A stretch of 64,000 bases of DNA from Eledone cirrhosa (GCA_964016885.1 OZ024763.1:25172001-25236000); one strand, 5' to 3'; positions 1-17,612 are shown, counted from the stretch's first letter. The notes: generated from the letters alone by a model not told the origin. A program made the numbers and translations.

Positions 1-868
<868 letters not shown>

Positions 869-1309
869 AATATATTTAAGTCGTTTGGAAGCCTCGACAA
901 TGCAAATGGGTAAATGTCCGGGTAACAAGGTCCGGTGGTGGAGAGAGAGATGTAAGTGGGTGTACGTTGAGTTGCGTGGTGTGTATAAGATGTGTAAATG
1001 TGTAGAAGAAAGAAGGGAAGAGTATAAAGGATAAAATTAAAATAACAACACAAGAGAGAATTACCTTGGGAGAGATTTAATAGTCCCGATATATTTCGGA
1101 TTCACATCCATCAACTGGGGTTTTTTTTCGGGGTAAAGGTTGTCTGTCGGACAGGTGCGAAACGTTCTGTGACCTCCTCAGTGACTGCTTTCTTATTTTG
1201 AGTCTCTCCTTTGTTCCATCTTACACCATCTCCTCTCCAGAGCTGAACACTGTAGATTTCTTCCATAGAAGGATAGAGTGAGAGCGTGAATGAGAGAAAG
1301 AGGTATAGA

Positions 1310-1660
1310 GGAAGATTCGACCCCAGTACTTGACTGGTACTTTTTTATTGACCTCGATTGGATAAAAGGCAACAGAGAATGATTGAGAGAAAGGATTGTA
1401 AGAAAGAGATATAGAGAAAGAATGGACCCCAATACATGAGTGGTACTTTTCATCGGCGTTGAATGGATGTTAGGTAACAGAGAAAGATAGAGAGTGAGAG
1501 AATGGAAATTCGAAAGAGATAGGTAGAAAGAATCGACCGCCCAGTACTTGACTGGTACTTTTTTATCGACCTTGAAATGTAAAGTTGACCTTGGTGGGGT
1601 TTAAACTCAAATAACACAGAAAACCATAACAAATACTGCAAAGCATTCTGTCCACCATTT
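1310..1660 (-). mobile_element. Degraded fragments of the tRNA-derived SINE family seen at 20.6-22.0 kb and 42.7-43.6 kb
   Basis: cgaccccagtacttgactggtacttttttat(c/t)gacc and aaagttgaccttggtggggtttaaactca match the SINE core. Confidence 0.6.
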
Positions 1661-1876
1661 ATATAACTAGGTGGCCTGTTGGGCGCCTTATACGGAGATA
1701 ATTGCTAATATCTAAAACTTTAGATCCTCCCGATAAAAGCCGAACAGAGGAATTTCGTTAAAACTGCTTAAACATGGATGAAATTAAAGTATGGCCGCCA
1801 TTTTGAATTTGAGCTCGATAAATTTAAAATGTATGTCATTATTAATCGTACTGTCATATGTAGTGCTGTATATGTA

Positions 1877-1953
<77 letters not shown>

Positions 1954-1966
1954 ATGCATGTGTATG

Positions 1967-1999
<33 letters not shown>

Positions 2000-2086
2000 G
2001 TGTGTGTAAATATAATTGCACTGTCATCTGTGGTGCTGTGTGTGTATGTGTATATATATATATGTGTATGTATATGTGTGGATATG

Positions 2087-2117
<31 letters not shown>

Positions 2118-2239
2118 GTGTGTGTGTGTCTGTGTATAATCGTACTGTCATCTGTGGTGCTGTATGTGTCTGTGTATATACATATATATATATATGTACA
2201 TATATATATATATATGTATATGTATATGTGTGTATGTGC

Positions 2240-3300
2240 TACCACCACCACCACCACTACTACTACTACCACCACCACTACACCACTACTACCACCACCA
2301 CTACACCACTACTACTACCACCACCACCACCACTACTACCACCACCACCACCACCACCACTACTACCACCACCACCACCACCACCACTACTACTACTACC
2401 ACCACCACTACACCACTACTACCACCACCACTGCACCACTACTACTACAACCACCACCACCACTACTACCACCACCACCACCACCACCACCACTACTACT
2501 ACTACCACCACTACTACTACTACCACCACCACTACTACCACCACCACCACCACCACTACTACCACCACCACCACCACCACCACTACTACTACCACCACCA
2601 CCACCACCACTGCTACCACCACCACCACTACTACTACTACTACTACCACCACTACTACTACTACCACCACTACGACTATTGCTAGGTTTTTCGTTTCATA
2701 TGTTGCCAATTTAGATTGACTTTTCTTAATTATATATTTGTTGTTGTTTGTGTTGGGAGTGGGGATAGAATAGTGGTGGTAGTTGTGGTGGTGGTAGTAG
2801 TGGTAATATTGGTGGTGGTAGTAGTAGTGGTAGTAGTAGTAGTGGCGGTGGTATTAGTGGTGGTGGTGGTAGTAGTAGTGGTAGTAGTATTAGTGGCGGT
2901 GGTGGTAGTAGTAGTGGTAGTAGTAGTAGTGGCGGTGGTATTATTGGTGGTGGTGGTAGTAGTAGTGGTAGTAGTATTAGTGGCGGTGGTGGTAGTAGAA
3001 GTAATAGTAGTGGTAGTAGTGGTGGTGGTATTTGAGGTGGTGGTGGTGGTGGTGTTGGTAGTAATAGTATTAGTAGTAGTAGTAGTAGTAGAGGTGATGG
3101 TAGTGTTGGTGGTAGTAGCAGTAGTGGTAATATTGGTGGTGGTGGTAGTAGTAGTAGTGGCGGTGGTATTAGTGGTGGTGGTGGTAGTAGAAGTAGTAGT
3201 AGTGGTAGTGGTGGTGGTGGTGGTGATGGTAGTAATAGTATAAGTAGTAGTAGTAGTGGAGGTGATGGTAGTGTTGGTGGTAGTAGTAGTAGTGGTGCTG
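2240..3300. repeat. (CAC/TAC)n tract followed by opposite-strand (GTG/GTA)n tract
   Basis: Trinucleotide repeats read directly. Confidence 0.9.
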
Positions 3301-3842
3301 GTGTTTTCCTAAGACCACGCGTGCAATTTAGTCATGAAGAAAAAAAAGGGGTAGTTCCCTTTCCTTTCCATTTACCACCTGTGTCCCTTGTAAGAGCTCC
3401 CTATATTTGCGGGGACCAAAAACAAGAACTTCCCCCTCAGATGGGACCAGTTTTGAATGCTTGCTACAAAAGGGAGTCGTCAGTATAGCAAGCACATCAG
3501 TTCGAGCAGGGTTTATTAAACCGGGAAATGGATTAAGTCCACCACACATCTAGGCCATGGCGAGGTTTTTAAGTTAAAGAGAAAAGCAACAATATGTTTA
3601 TAGGGTCCCGTAACTCCTAAAGTGTCCCTTATTAACATACGGCGTTTCTAGGGCTTAATTTTAAACCTTTAGGGAAAGAGACGGTACAATTTGGTTTTTA
3701 AAAAAAAAATTATAAATGTATCTCCGTTTATTTCGACGATGACTCTTACAGTTGTCAAATTTGAGTAATATATGGCTGCTATTTCTAGCAGATGGATCCA
3801 ACACATTTCAGGGTCATTCATTAGCACATTTCCAACAAGATA

Positions 3843-6800
3843 ACCACCACCACCACTAGTTATGATAATATGTCACCAACACCAACAACAGCACTACCAC
3901 CACTACCACCACTACACTACCACCACTACCGCCACTACACTACCATCACCACTACCACCACCACTACACCACCACCACTACACCACCACCACTACACAGC
4001 CACCACTACACCCCCACCAACACCACCACTACACCACCACCACTACACAACCACTAACAACACCACCACCACCACTACACCACCTCCACAATCACTGCCA
4101 CCACCACTCCACCACCACCACCACCACCACCTACACCACTACACCACCACCACACCTCCACCACTACACCACCACCAGTACACCACCACCACCACCACTA
4201 CCACCACCACCACCACCACGCCACCACTACCACCACCACCACGCCACCACTACCACCACCACAACGCCACCACTTCACCACCACCACTACACCACCACCA
4301 CACCACCACTACACCACCACCACACCACCACTACACCACCACACCACCACCACTACACCACCACCACCACACCACCACCACTACCACCACACCACCACCA
4401 CACCACCACCACACCACCACACCACCACACCACCAACACACCACCACCACACCACCACCACACCACCACCACACCACCACACCACCACCACTACACCACC
4501 ACCACACCACCACCACCACCACCATACTAACACCACTACACCACCACCACTACACCACCACACCACCACCACCACACCACCACACCACCACCACCACACC
4601 ACCACCACCACCACCACACCACCACACCACCACACCACCACCACCACACCACCACCACCACCACACCACCACACCACCACCACCACCACACCACCACCAC
4701 ACCACACACCACCACCACCACCACCACACCACCACACCACCACCACTACACCACCACCACCACCACCACCACCACACCACCACCAGCACCACCACACCAC
4801 CACCACCACACCACCACCACACCACCACCACTACCACCACCACCACACCACCACCAACACCACCACACCACCACCACACCACCACCACCACACCACCACC
4901 ACCACACCACCACCACACCACCACCACCACACCACCACCACCACACCACCACCACCACCACCACCACCACCACACCACCACCACCACACCACCACCACCA
5001 CCACACCACCACCACCACCACACCACCACCACCACACCACCACCACACCACCACCACCACCACACCACCACCACCACCACACCACCACCACCACACAACC
5101 ACCACCACCACCACCACCACCACCACACCACCACCACACCACCACCACCACCACACCACCACCACCACCACCACCACCACACCACCACCACCACCACACC
5201 ACCACCACCACCACACCACCACCACCACCACCACACCACCACCACACCACCACCACCACACCACCACCACCACCACCACACCACCACACCACCACCACAC
5301 CACCACCACCACCACACCGCCACACCACCACCACCACCACCACCACCACCACACCACCACACCACCACCACCACCACACCACCACACCACCACCACCACC
5401 ACACCACCACACCACCACCACACCACCACCACCACCACACCGCCACACCACCACCACCACCACCACCACCACCACCACACCACACCACCACCACACCACC
5501 ACCACCACCACCACACCACCACACCACCACACCACCACCACCACACCACCACACCACCACCACCACACCACCACCACCACCACTACACCACCACCACACC
5601 ACCACCACACCACCACACCACCACACCACCACCACCACCACACCGCCACACCACCACCACCACCACCACCACACCACACCACCACCACACCACCACCACC
5701 ACCACCACCACACCACCACACCACCACCACCACACCACCACACCACCACCACCACACCACCACCACCACTACACCACCACCACACCACCACCACACCACC
5801 ACACCACCACACCACCACCACCACACCACCACCACCACCACTACACCACCACCACACCACCACCACACCACCACACCACCACACCACCACCACCACCACA
5901 CCGCCACACCACCACCACCACCACCACCACACCACACCACCACCACACCACCACCACCACCACCACCACACCGCCACACCACCACCACCACCACCACCAC
6001 ACCACACCACCACCACACCACCACCACCACCACCACCACACCACCACACCACCACCACCACACCACCACACCACCACCACCACACCACCACCACCACTAC
6101 ACCACCACCACACCACCACCACACCACCACACCACCACACCACCACCACCACCACACCGCCACACCACCACCACCACCACCACCACACCACACCACCACC
6201 ACACCACCACCACCACCACCACACCACCACACCACCACCACCACCACCACCACACCACCACCACCACACCACCACCACCACCACACCACCACCACCACCA
6301 CTACACCACCACCACACCACCACCACACCACCACCACACCACCACACCACCACACCACCACCACCACCACCACCCCACACCACCACCACCACCACCACCA
6401 CACCACACCACCACCACACCACCACCCACCACCACCACACACCACACCACCACCACCCACCACCACCCACCACCACCACCACCACACCACCACCACCACA
6501 CCACCACCACCACCACACCACCACCACCACACCACCACCACCACCACACCACCACACCACCACCACCACCACCACCACACCACCACCACCACACCACCAC
6601 CACCACCACCACCACCACCACCACCACCACCACCACACCACCACACCACACCACCACACCACCACCACCACACCACCACCACACCACTACACACCACCAC
6701 ACCACTACACCACACCACCACCACCACCACACCACCACCACACCACACCACACCACCACCACACCACCACCACCACACCACACCACCACCACCACCACCA

Positions 6801-7641
6801 CCACACCACACCACCACCACCACCACACCACCACACCACACCACCACACCACCACCACCACTACACCACCACCACACCACCACCACCACACCACCACACC
6901 ACACCACCACCACCACCACACCACCACACCACACCACCACACCACCACACCACACCACCACCACCACCACCACCACACCACCACACCACCACCACCACAC
7001 CACCACCACCACCACCACCACCACCACCACCACACCACCACACCACACCACCACCACACCACCACCACACCACCACACCACCACACCACCACCACCACCA
7101 CACCACCACACCACCACCACACCACCACCACCACTACACCACACCACCACCACCACCACACCACCACCACCACCACCACACCACCACCACCACCACCACA
7201 CCACCACCACCACCACCACACCACCACCACCACCACCACCACACCACCACCACCACCACACCACCACCACCACCACCACACCACCACCACCACACCACCA
7301 CCACACCACCACCACCACCACACCACCACCACCACACCACCACCACCACCACCACACCACCACCACCACTACACCACACCACCACCACCACCACACCACC
7401 ACCACCACCACCACACCACCACCACCACCACCACACCACCACCACCACCACCACCACACCACCACCACCACCACCACACCACCACCACCACCACCACACC
7501 ACCACCACCACCACCACCACACCACCACCACCACACCACCACCACCACCGCCACACCACCACCACCACCACACCACCACCACCACCACCACCACACCACC
7601 ACCACCACACCACCACCACCACCGCCACACCACCACCACCG
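3843..7641. repeat. Long (CAC)n/(CACCA)n low-complexity tract ending at an assembly gap
   Basis: Direct reading; poly-H/T/P ORFs are artefacts. Confidence 0.95.
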
Positions 7642-7841
7642 NNNNNNNNNNNNNNNNNNNNNNNNNNNNNNNNNNNNNNNNNNNNNNNNNNNNNNNNNNN
7701 NNNNNNNNNNNNNNNNNNNNNNNNNNNNNNNNNNNNNNNNNNNNNNNNNNNNNNNNNNNNNNNNNNNNNNNNNNNNNNNNNNNNNNNNNNNNNNNNNNNN
7801 NNNNNNNNNNNNNNNNNNNNNNNNNNNNNNNNNNNNNNNNN
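7642..7841. other. Assembly gap (200 N)
   Basis: Run of N. Confidence 1.
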
Positions 7842-8038
7842 TTCATAGGCGAAACCTCTCTTCTTTTACTGGCGTGATAAAACGTAATGATGTATATATA
7901 TGTGTGTGTGTGTGTGTATATATGTGTATATATAGGTGTGTGTGTATAGGTGTGTATGTGTGTGAGAGAGAAAGAGAGGGAGAGAGAGAGAGAGAGAGAT
8001 CTTGGTGGCAATCGCATATCTGGTACAGCTACGTTTAC

Positions 8039-8859
8039 TAGTATGTGTATATATGTCTGCATGTATGTACGTACGTGTCTATGTTTATATTATATATATA
8101 TATATATATATAGTGTATGTATGTCTGCATGTATGTACGTAGTGTCCATGTTTATATTATATATATATATATATAGTGTATGTATGTCTGCATGTATGTA
8201 CGTAGTGTCCATGTTTATATTATATATATATATAGTGTATGTATGTCTGCATGTATGTACTGTATGTATGTCTGCATGTATGTACGTAGTGTCTATGTTT
8301 ATATTATATATATATATATATAGTGTATGTATGTCTGCATGTATGTACGTACGTGTCCATGTTTATATTATATATATATATAGTGTATGTATGTCTGCAT
8401 GTATGTACGTACGTGTCCATGTTTATATTATATATATATATATATAGTGTATGTATGTCTGCATGTATGTACGTAGTGTCTATGTTTATATTATATATAT
8501 ATATATATAGTGTATGTATGTCTGCATGTATGTACGTACGTGTCCATGTTTATATTATATATATATATAGTGTATGTATGTCTGCATGTATGTACGTACG
8601 TGTCCATGTTTATATTATATATATATATATATAGTGTATGTATGTCTGCATGTATGTACGTACGTGTCCATGTTTATATTATATATATATATAGTGTATG
8701 TATGTCTGCATGTATGTACGTAGTGTCTATGTTTATATTATATATATATATATATATAGTGTATATATGTCTGCATGTATGTACGTACGTGTCCATGTTT
8801 ATATTATATATATATATAGTGTATGTATGTCTGCATGTATGTACGTACGTGTCCATGTT

Positions 8860-8880
<21 letters not shown>
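8039..8880. repeat. ~58-62 bp minisatellite (tagtgtatgtatgtctgcatgtatgtacgt...atgtttatatta(ta)n), about 14 copies
   Basis: Unit recurs with a variable TA tail. Confidence 0.9.
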
Positions 8881-8910
<30 letters not shown>

Positions 8911-8947
8911 TAAACATGTAGTAGTATACATATATATATATATATAA

Positions 8948-9133
8948 AAATTTGTCGATTGACTTTCCTCAAATCGGACCGAGGAAACAACGTTCCCTTT
9001 GGTCTTTCCAATTGGTAATACTCTCTATCGGTCGCAACTCCAGGTAGAAGGAGCAACGTGAAATAAAGTGTCTTGTTCAAGGACATAATGCATTGCCTGG
9101 TCCAGGAATTGAACTGACAACCTCACAATTACG
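8948..9133 (-). mobile_element. tRNA-derived SINE, truncated (same family as 15890-16098)
   Basis: Shared caaatcggaccgaggaaacaa...gagcaacgtgaaataaagtgtcttg(t/c)tcaaggacataa. Confidence 0.7.
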
Positions 9134-9186
<53 letters not shown>

Positions 9187-9406
9187 CGCGCTCATACATG
9201 CTTACACTTATATATATATATACTAATATACATACTTACACACATGTGAACATATGAAGATAGATAGATATGTAGATATATAGGTAGATTGATATATATA
9301 TTCAGACAGATATATATAGAGAGAGAGAGAGATAGAGAGGGAGAGAAAGAGAGAGAGGGAGAGGAGGGGGAGAGATAGTAAGACAGATAGATATATACAC
9401 AGACCG

Positions 9407-9441
<35 letters not shown>

Positions 9442-9520
9442 CAGAGAGAGAGAGAGTCATAGATATATAGATAAATAAATATATACACAGACAGGCTGAG
9501 ATAGATAGAGTGAGAGATAG

Positions 9521-9677
9521 ATATATTTCTTTATTTGCCACAAGGGCGCACAAGAAATGGCGACAATACAAAGACATATGCCGGGGATTTTACATACAGG
9601 CGTGTAAAAATATTATTAAAACAACCAAATTTAACAATCGAAATCCCCAATAGGGGAGAGGCGTTACAAATGGGTTG
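9521..9677 (-). mobile_element. 3' end fragment of the L1/Tx1-type LINE family, flanked by (GATA)n
   Basis: Reverse complement matches 3' UTR copies at 26.8-28.3 kb (gtctttgtattgtc...ttgtgcgcccttgtggcaaataaagaaatatatctatc). Confidence 0.8.
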
Positions 9678-9796
9678 ATAGGTAGATAAATAGATAGACA
9701 GACGCCTCTTTAAATGTAGACATACTTACCGACATATATATAATATTACATCATAATGATTTATTTAGAATCTACTGTTACAGAGAGATGGAATCG

Positions 9797-9843
<47 letters not shown>

Positions 9844-10106
9844 AACCACAACAATTACTACCACTACTACAACTACAACCACTATAACTACAACTACTAC
9901 AACAACTAAAACTACACCTACTACTACTACTACAACTACAACAATCTTAAGATGTACTCTCATTTCATTATCATTTACTTGATTAAATTATATCTGGATA
10001 ATTATTCACCTCGCCAGAAGACTGGGGAATAAAGATGTTATTGTCTGTTTATGTATACTCACGTGTATATATATATCCATCTATCTATCTCTCTCTCTCT
10101 CTCTCT

Positions 10107-10180
<74 letters not shown>

Positions 10181-10265
10181 ATAAATATATATATATACAG
10201 ATATATATATATATATATATATGTATGTGCACGTACAAGTGTATATATGTATGTATATGTATGTA

Positions 10266-10352
<87 letters not shown>

Positions 10353-11117
10353 GTGTGTGTTTTATTTCTATTTAATTATTTAAATACTTCTCATGAAGAA
10401 AGTGTTCTTCACTGACAAAGAAACAAATTCTACATACATGATATGTATAAATGTGTGTGTGGGAGGGAAGGGGAGTGAAAGGTGTATATATATATGTGTG
10501 TATGTACATATATTATTGGGTCGTTAATTATGAAATGTGTAGAAAAAAAAGGAATTTCATACTTGACGATCCAATATATATATATATATATATAGTAATA
10601 ATAATAAATTTGAAGAAACGTGGTTTTGTCTTTGCGTTGAATTGTTCTTACTGTTTCACATAATGACGTATTATCTTCGCTTTTTACCGTTCATTGCTAG
10701 GGAGCGTCTCCACGAAGCACCTAATAGAATATTAGTCTACGACTTCATTTATACCATAAACGAGGTTTTGTCTTGGCGTGTAATTGTTCTCACCGCTCTA
10801 AATAATTACATAATATCTTCGCTTTTTTTCCGTTCATTTCCAGGGAACGTCTCCACGAACCAAAGTATCGTCTTCCTGTCTTCCTTCGGTTGCAACGTTT
10901 TTCGAAATATTTACTTCTGCGTTCACAGATTGATTTTTTTTTAGTTTCAGAAGATCCCGCAGCGATTCTTTGCTTAAACTTTAATCTGTTATTTTAATAT
11001 ATATATATACAAATGGTAGTTCAGTAGAATCGAAGCTCTGGCTCGGAATGTGCAGCTAAGCACTCAATAAGGTAGTTTTACCTTAGAGTAATAACATTAC
11101 GTTTAGACAGGACAGCT

Positions 11118-11267
<150 letters not shown>

Positions 11268-11345
11268 TCTACGGTTCTTATATATTTGATATATATTTTC
11301 CTTATCGAGCCCTCTTTGGATTTTAGTCTTCAATTTTATTATTAT

Positions 11346-11397
<52 letters not shown>

Positions 11398-11507
11398 TAT
11401 ATTTTAATAATATCTTCCTTGTGAAATTTGTGGTCTTGTTCTGCTTAACTAATGAATATATATATATATATATATAATTAGAAAGTGAACAACACAAAAT
11501 ATAACTA

Positions 11508-11575
11508 CTCCATTACCAAAGGTTTCTGGGTCACAGACGATAATAATATACGTCTGGATCGTTCGTCAGACTGAG
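11508..11575 (-). ncRNA. Degenerate type I hammerhead ribozyme (family G)
   Basis: CUGACGA...CAGACG/CGUCUG hairpin...GAAACCUUUGGUA; stem I imperfect; related to 44920-44992. Confidence 0.45.
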
Positions 11576-11639
11576 ATGTTATAATTAAATAGCTCTGCTC
11601 TATACATAGAACAGTCTTTTTTCCTTTGCAATTACCTAA

Positions 11640-11799
<160 letters not shown>

Positions 11800-11866
11800 C
11801 AATATATACTATATCAGTTATAAACTTTTAAGTTTGTTGGAATCCCATCAAATTAAATATAACTTC

Positions 11867-11909
<43 letters not shown>

Positions 11910-11981
11910 TAAAAAATTGAACGGGAACAAAACAGAGAGGCAGTACGAACAAAGGTTTATTAGTTTCACGCTCTTGAGAGT

Positions 11982-12079
<98 letters not shown>

Positions 12080-12362
12080 TATTGAGTAAAATGACTGGAG
12101 GCCGGACTGGTAAAATTCCTTCAAAGATTTATTTCATCAAACACTATGTATATTTAGGTGGCCAGGTTACGTAAGATCCTGGTGACATCATCAGGTATAT
12201 ATTGTATTATAGTTATATAATAACGGAAGAATGGTAAACACAATCGAAGAAGCTATAAATACAGAAAGCAGATAAAAAATACAAAGGGAAAAATGTTTTT
12301 ACTCGAAGGTTAGTTTGGCTGACCTCCTACGTGTAAATATATATATATATGATTATGTGCAA

Positions 12363-12409
<47 letters not shown>

Positions 12410-12542
12410 CATACATATACATACGTACATATATATATGTACATACATATCTTTCTCCATCCATATATATATATTTATATATAAATACATACATATATAT
12501 ATATCCATCCACATATATATACATGTATGTATACATGTATGT

Positions 12543-12575
<33 letters not shown>

Positions 12576-12615
12576 CGATATTAACAAATGGAAACTATAT
12601 TTATAAAACCATATT

Positions 12616-12680
12616 TATTTCATTATACATATTTCAAGGACATCAAGTTAAATTATGGTGTGCTTTCATCAGACAAAATA
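12616..12680 (-). ncRNA. Type I hammerhead ribozyme (family D)
   Basis: Inverted copy of 12901-12965. Confidence 0.7.
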
Positions 12681-12900
12681 TAATATAGATCAGTTTTATA
12701 AATAAATATTGACATACCCTTAAAAAATGCAACCATTACTGTTGGAAGCTCCTGGATAGTGGAATGTTTACTTATATTATTATTAGTATTGGATATTTTA
12801 AAAATAAGCCGTTGGGTTATAGAGAAAGAGAAAAAGAAGGAGAGAGAGAAAAAATGTTTAAGGGTATATCAATATTTATTTATAAAACTGATCTATATTA

Positions 12901-12965
12901 TATTTTGTCTGATGAAAGCACACCATAATTTAACTTGGTGTTCTTGAAATATGTATAATGAAATA
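12901..12965 (+). ncRNA. Type I hammerhead ribozyme (family D)
   Basis: Stem I UAUUUUGU/AUGAAAUA, CUGAUGA, stem II AAG.ACACCA/UGGUGU.CUU, GAAAUAUGUAUA (cleavage after AUA). Confidence 0.75.
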
Positions 12966-13093
12966 AATATGGTTTTATAAATATAGTTTCCATTTGTTAA
13001 TATCGTATGTTTACTCCAAATACTTGTTGAGTGCTTTATATCAGTAATAAAAAATATTTGCTTGTTGTATCCCAACAATTTAAATAGAACTTT

Positions 13094-13129
<36 letters not shown>

Positions 13130-13396
13130 TACATACATAGGATATGCGAAAGCTCAACTAGGAGAAACAATCACGAGAAAACAATGCAGTACAATTCTGC
13201 TATATATTAGTTTAACGTTACAAATAGTCTTACGGACGTTAGTCTTTCATCTGAAGATAGTACAGAAGATAGAGGAACTAATAAAGAAAATTCATAAGAG
13301 TAACACAACAAACAACGATATTACAAGCACTAATACGATTGCTAGTAGTATTGTTCTCATAAAATAAACGCCATTAGTAATACTAATAATACTACA

Positions 13397-13430
<34 letters not shown>

Positions 13431-13543
13431 TTGTTTGTGTGTGTGTGTATGTGTGTGTGTGTGTATATATAAGATGATTACTCTATTATACAAGATAACG
13501 TAAAGAACAGCATCGTAAAGATAATGAGCTTTGACAGCAAAGG

Positions 13544-13627
<84 letters not shown>

Positions 13628-13696
13628 GTATGTATACATATATATATGTATGTCTATATATATATGTGTTTATGTATGCATGTATATGTGTGTGTA

Positions 13697-13758
<62 letters not shown>

Positions 13759-13790
13759 TATATATATATGTATTTATGTATGCATGTATA

Positions 13791-13823
<33 letters not shown>

Positions 13824-13858
13824 GTCTATATATATATGTATTTATGTATGCATGTATA

Positions 13859-13955
<97 letters not shown>

Positions 13956-13956
13956 G

Positions 13957-14127
<171 letters not shown>

Positions 14128-14204
14128 GTATATATGTATATATATGTATATATGTATATATATGTATATATGTATATATATATATGTATATATGTATATA
14201 TATG

Positions 14205-14362
<158 letters not shown>

Positions 14363-14657
14363 AACGATGATGAACAAAAGATCGTTATGATACGGTGAAA
14401 CCTAATAATACATCTCATTCTTTTTACAGTAAATTTGACGACACAAAATAAAGATGGCGCCGAATGATGAGCTACCAAGCAACGTAGAGCGACCTGCCTA
14501 CATGTAAGCTTATGACTGACTCTATATGTATTCGGATATGTTTGTGTGCGAATATGAATATGTTGTGTGTGCATTTATGTATAAATGCATGCTCTGCGTT
14601 TATATATAATATATATACATATATATATGTATATATATATGTATATATGTGTGTTTG

Positions 14658-14701
<44 letters not shown>

Positions 14702-15215
14702 TATATAAATATAAATATATGTATATAAATACATATATATGTATATATATTTATATATATATATTTATGTATATATAGCTATATATACATACATATATAT
14801 ATATATGTATATATGTATATATATATATGTATGCATAGGTATATATACATACATATATATATATGTATATATATATATATATGTATGCATATATGTATAT
14901 ATATTTATAGATACATATATATATGTAAATATACATACATATATATATATATGTATGTGTATATATATATGTATATATATACATATATATATATGTGTAT
15001 ATATATGTATATATATATACATATATATATGTGTATATATATGTATATATATATACATATATATATATATGTATGTGTATATATATGTATATATACATGT
15101 ATATATGTACGTGTATATATATATATTATATATATGTATGTGTATATATATGTATATATATACATATATATATGTATGTGTATATATATGTATATATATA
15201 TACATATATACATAT

Positions 15216-15248
<33 letters not shown>

Positions 15249-15274
15249 CATATATATACACATATATATATATG

Positions 15275-15306
<32 letters not shown>

Positions 15307-15313
15307 TATATAC

Positions 15314-15349
<36 letters not shown>

Positions 15350-15458
15350 GCATATATGTGCGCCTTTATTGTTCACTGCTTTAAATAATTGAATGATTTT
15401 GTTGCTTATTATTTTATAGTTATCTTCATTAATGGCTCCGAGAATGCATTATCATATT

Positions 15459-15500
<42 letters not shown>

Positions 15501-15637
15501 GTGTGTGTATATATATAGATTGTAACAGGATATATATATATATATATCCATATGTATAGCAATACACACAGATATGTGTGTTTATATATATATATGTGTA
15601 TATGTGTGTATATATATATATGTATATGTATATTATG

Positions 15638-15673
<36 letters not shown>

Positions 15674-15769
15674 TATGTCTGTATATATATATGTATATAT
15701 ATATGTCTGTATATATATATGTATATATATATATAAATATATGTATATATATGTGTATATATATATAAA

Positions 15770-15822
<53 letters not shown>

Positions 15823-15889
15823 GTATATATATATGTATATATATATGTATATATATGTATATATATGTATATATATATATGATAAAGAA

Positions 15890-16098
15890 ACGATGGACTT
15901 TCGTCAAATCGGACCGAGGAAACAATGTTTCCGTTGGTCTTTCCAATTGCTTATACTATCTATCGGTCGCAACTCGAGGGAGCAACGTGAAATAAAGTGT
16001 CTTGCTCAAGGACATAACGCATCGCCTTGTCCAGGAACCGAACTCACAACCTTACGATTGCGAATCCAATTCTCTAACCACTCAGCCACACGCCTTCA
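15890..16098 (-). mobile_element. tRNA-derived SINE
   Basis: Minus strand gaaggcgtgtggctgagtggtt (A box)...gagttcggttcc (B box) followed by gtccttgagcaagacac. Confidence 0.8.
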
Positions 16099-16155
16099 CA
16101 CATATATATGTATATATGTATATATATATATATATATATATACATATATATACAC

Positions 16156-16334
<179 letters not shown>

Positions 16335-16401
16335 TATATGTGTACATATATATATGTATATATATGAAGTACAAATTTGTACCAAATTCATACTTGACGA
16401 T

Positions 16402-16451
<50 letters not shown>

Positions 16452-16538
16452 CATACACACCATTTTCCCTCATTAATATTATTATTCGTGACTCTCATAA
16501 TTGACTTGTTCAGAATCTGTCCAACCAATTTATCAATT

Positions 16539-16985
16539 CTTCCAGCTACAACCTTCGTTTTCACCGACTGTGCATCCTATCTCTGCATATTTTGGTTTAT
16601 ATGTTTGTATATATATGTGTGTATATAGATGTGTGTATATAGATGTGTGTATATAGATGTCTGTGTGTGTGTCTCTGTGTATATATATATATGTTCCAGC
16701 TACAACCTTCGTTTTCACCGACTGTGCATCCTATCTCTGCATATTTTGGTTTATATGTTTGTATATATATGTGTGTATATAGATGTGTGTATATAGATGT
16801 GTGTATATAGATGTCTGTGTGTGTGTCTCTGTGTATATATATATATGTTCCAGCTACAACCTTCGTTTTCACCGACTGTGCATCCTATCTCTGCATATTT
16901 AGGTTTATATGTTTGTATATATATGTGTGTATATAGATGTGTGTATATAGATGTCTGTGTGTGTGTCTCTGTGTATATATATATA
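16539..16985. repeat. 154-bp tandem repeat, ~3 copies
   Basis: ttccagctacaaccttcgttttcaccgactgtgcatcc recurs with a 154-bp period. Confidence 0.9.
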
Positions 16986-17612
16986 TATGTATATATGTAT
17001 ATATGTATATATATATATGTATATGTTTCTGTGTATATATATGTATATATATATATATATCTATATATATACATTTCTGTGTGTGCTTATATGTATATAT
17101 GCATGTCAGTATGAGTGTCTGTGTGTCTATATATATGTATATATACATGTCTGTGTGTGTAAATAAATATATATGTGTATTTTCATGTCTGTGTGTGTGT
17201 GTATGTATATTTATATATGCATGTCTCAGTATGTGCCTAAATCTTTATGTGCGCCTGTGTGTATATATATGTGTATATACATGGTATGTGTGTCTGATAC
17301 ATATCTGTATATGTGTGTGTGCGTATATATGTATATATGCATGCCTGTATGTATGTATGTATGTGTATGTGTATATATACATGTCTCTGTGTGTATGTCT
17401 GTGAGTGTATATATATATGTATATTTACATGTCTCTATGTGTGTCTTCGTGTGTATATATACATATATGTATGCTCTCTCTCTATATATATATGTATTAT
17501 GTATTTATACACACTGTGACTGATTACGCTTTCGTGTAAACGTTTAAGGATAGAGTTATTTTAATTATATCTTGAAGGGATGTATATATATATATATGTA
17601 TGTATGTATATA

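Larger units (their letters stand above)
12574..13097. mobile_element. PLE-like non-autonomous element with inverted duplication (family D); another copy at 31437-31720
   Basis: 12574-12722 is the reverse complement of ~12858-13006; both arms carry a hammerhead; TA-flanked. Confidence 0.7.

Noticed and set aside
1083-1190. Hammerhead-like motifs on the minus strand (CAGUUGA...GGAU-GUGA-AUCC GAAAUAUAUC; CUGAGGAGGUCACAG)
   Set aside because: Core mutated or incomplete; at best decayed remnants, not counted
3328-3549. 73-aa ORF or possible transposase remnant
   Set aside because: No convincing motif; similarity would require frameshifts and stops
3843-7641. C-rich tract as telomeric repeat
   Set aside because: The unit is CAC/CACCA rather than CCCTAA, and similar tracts are interspersed throughout the window
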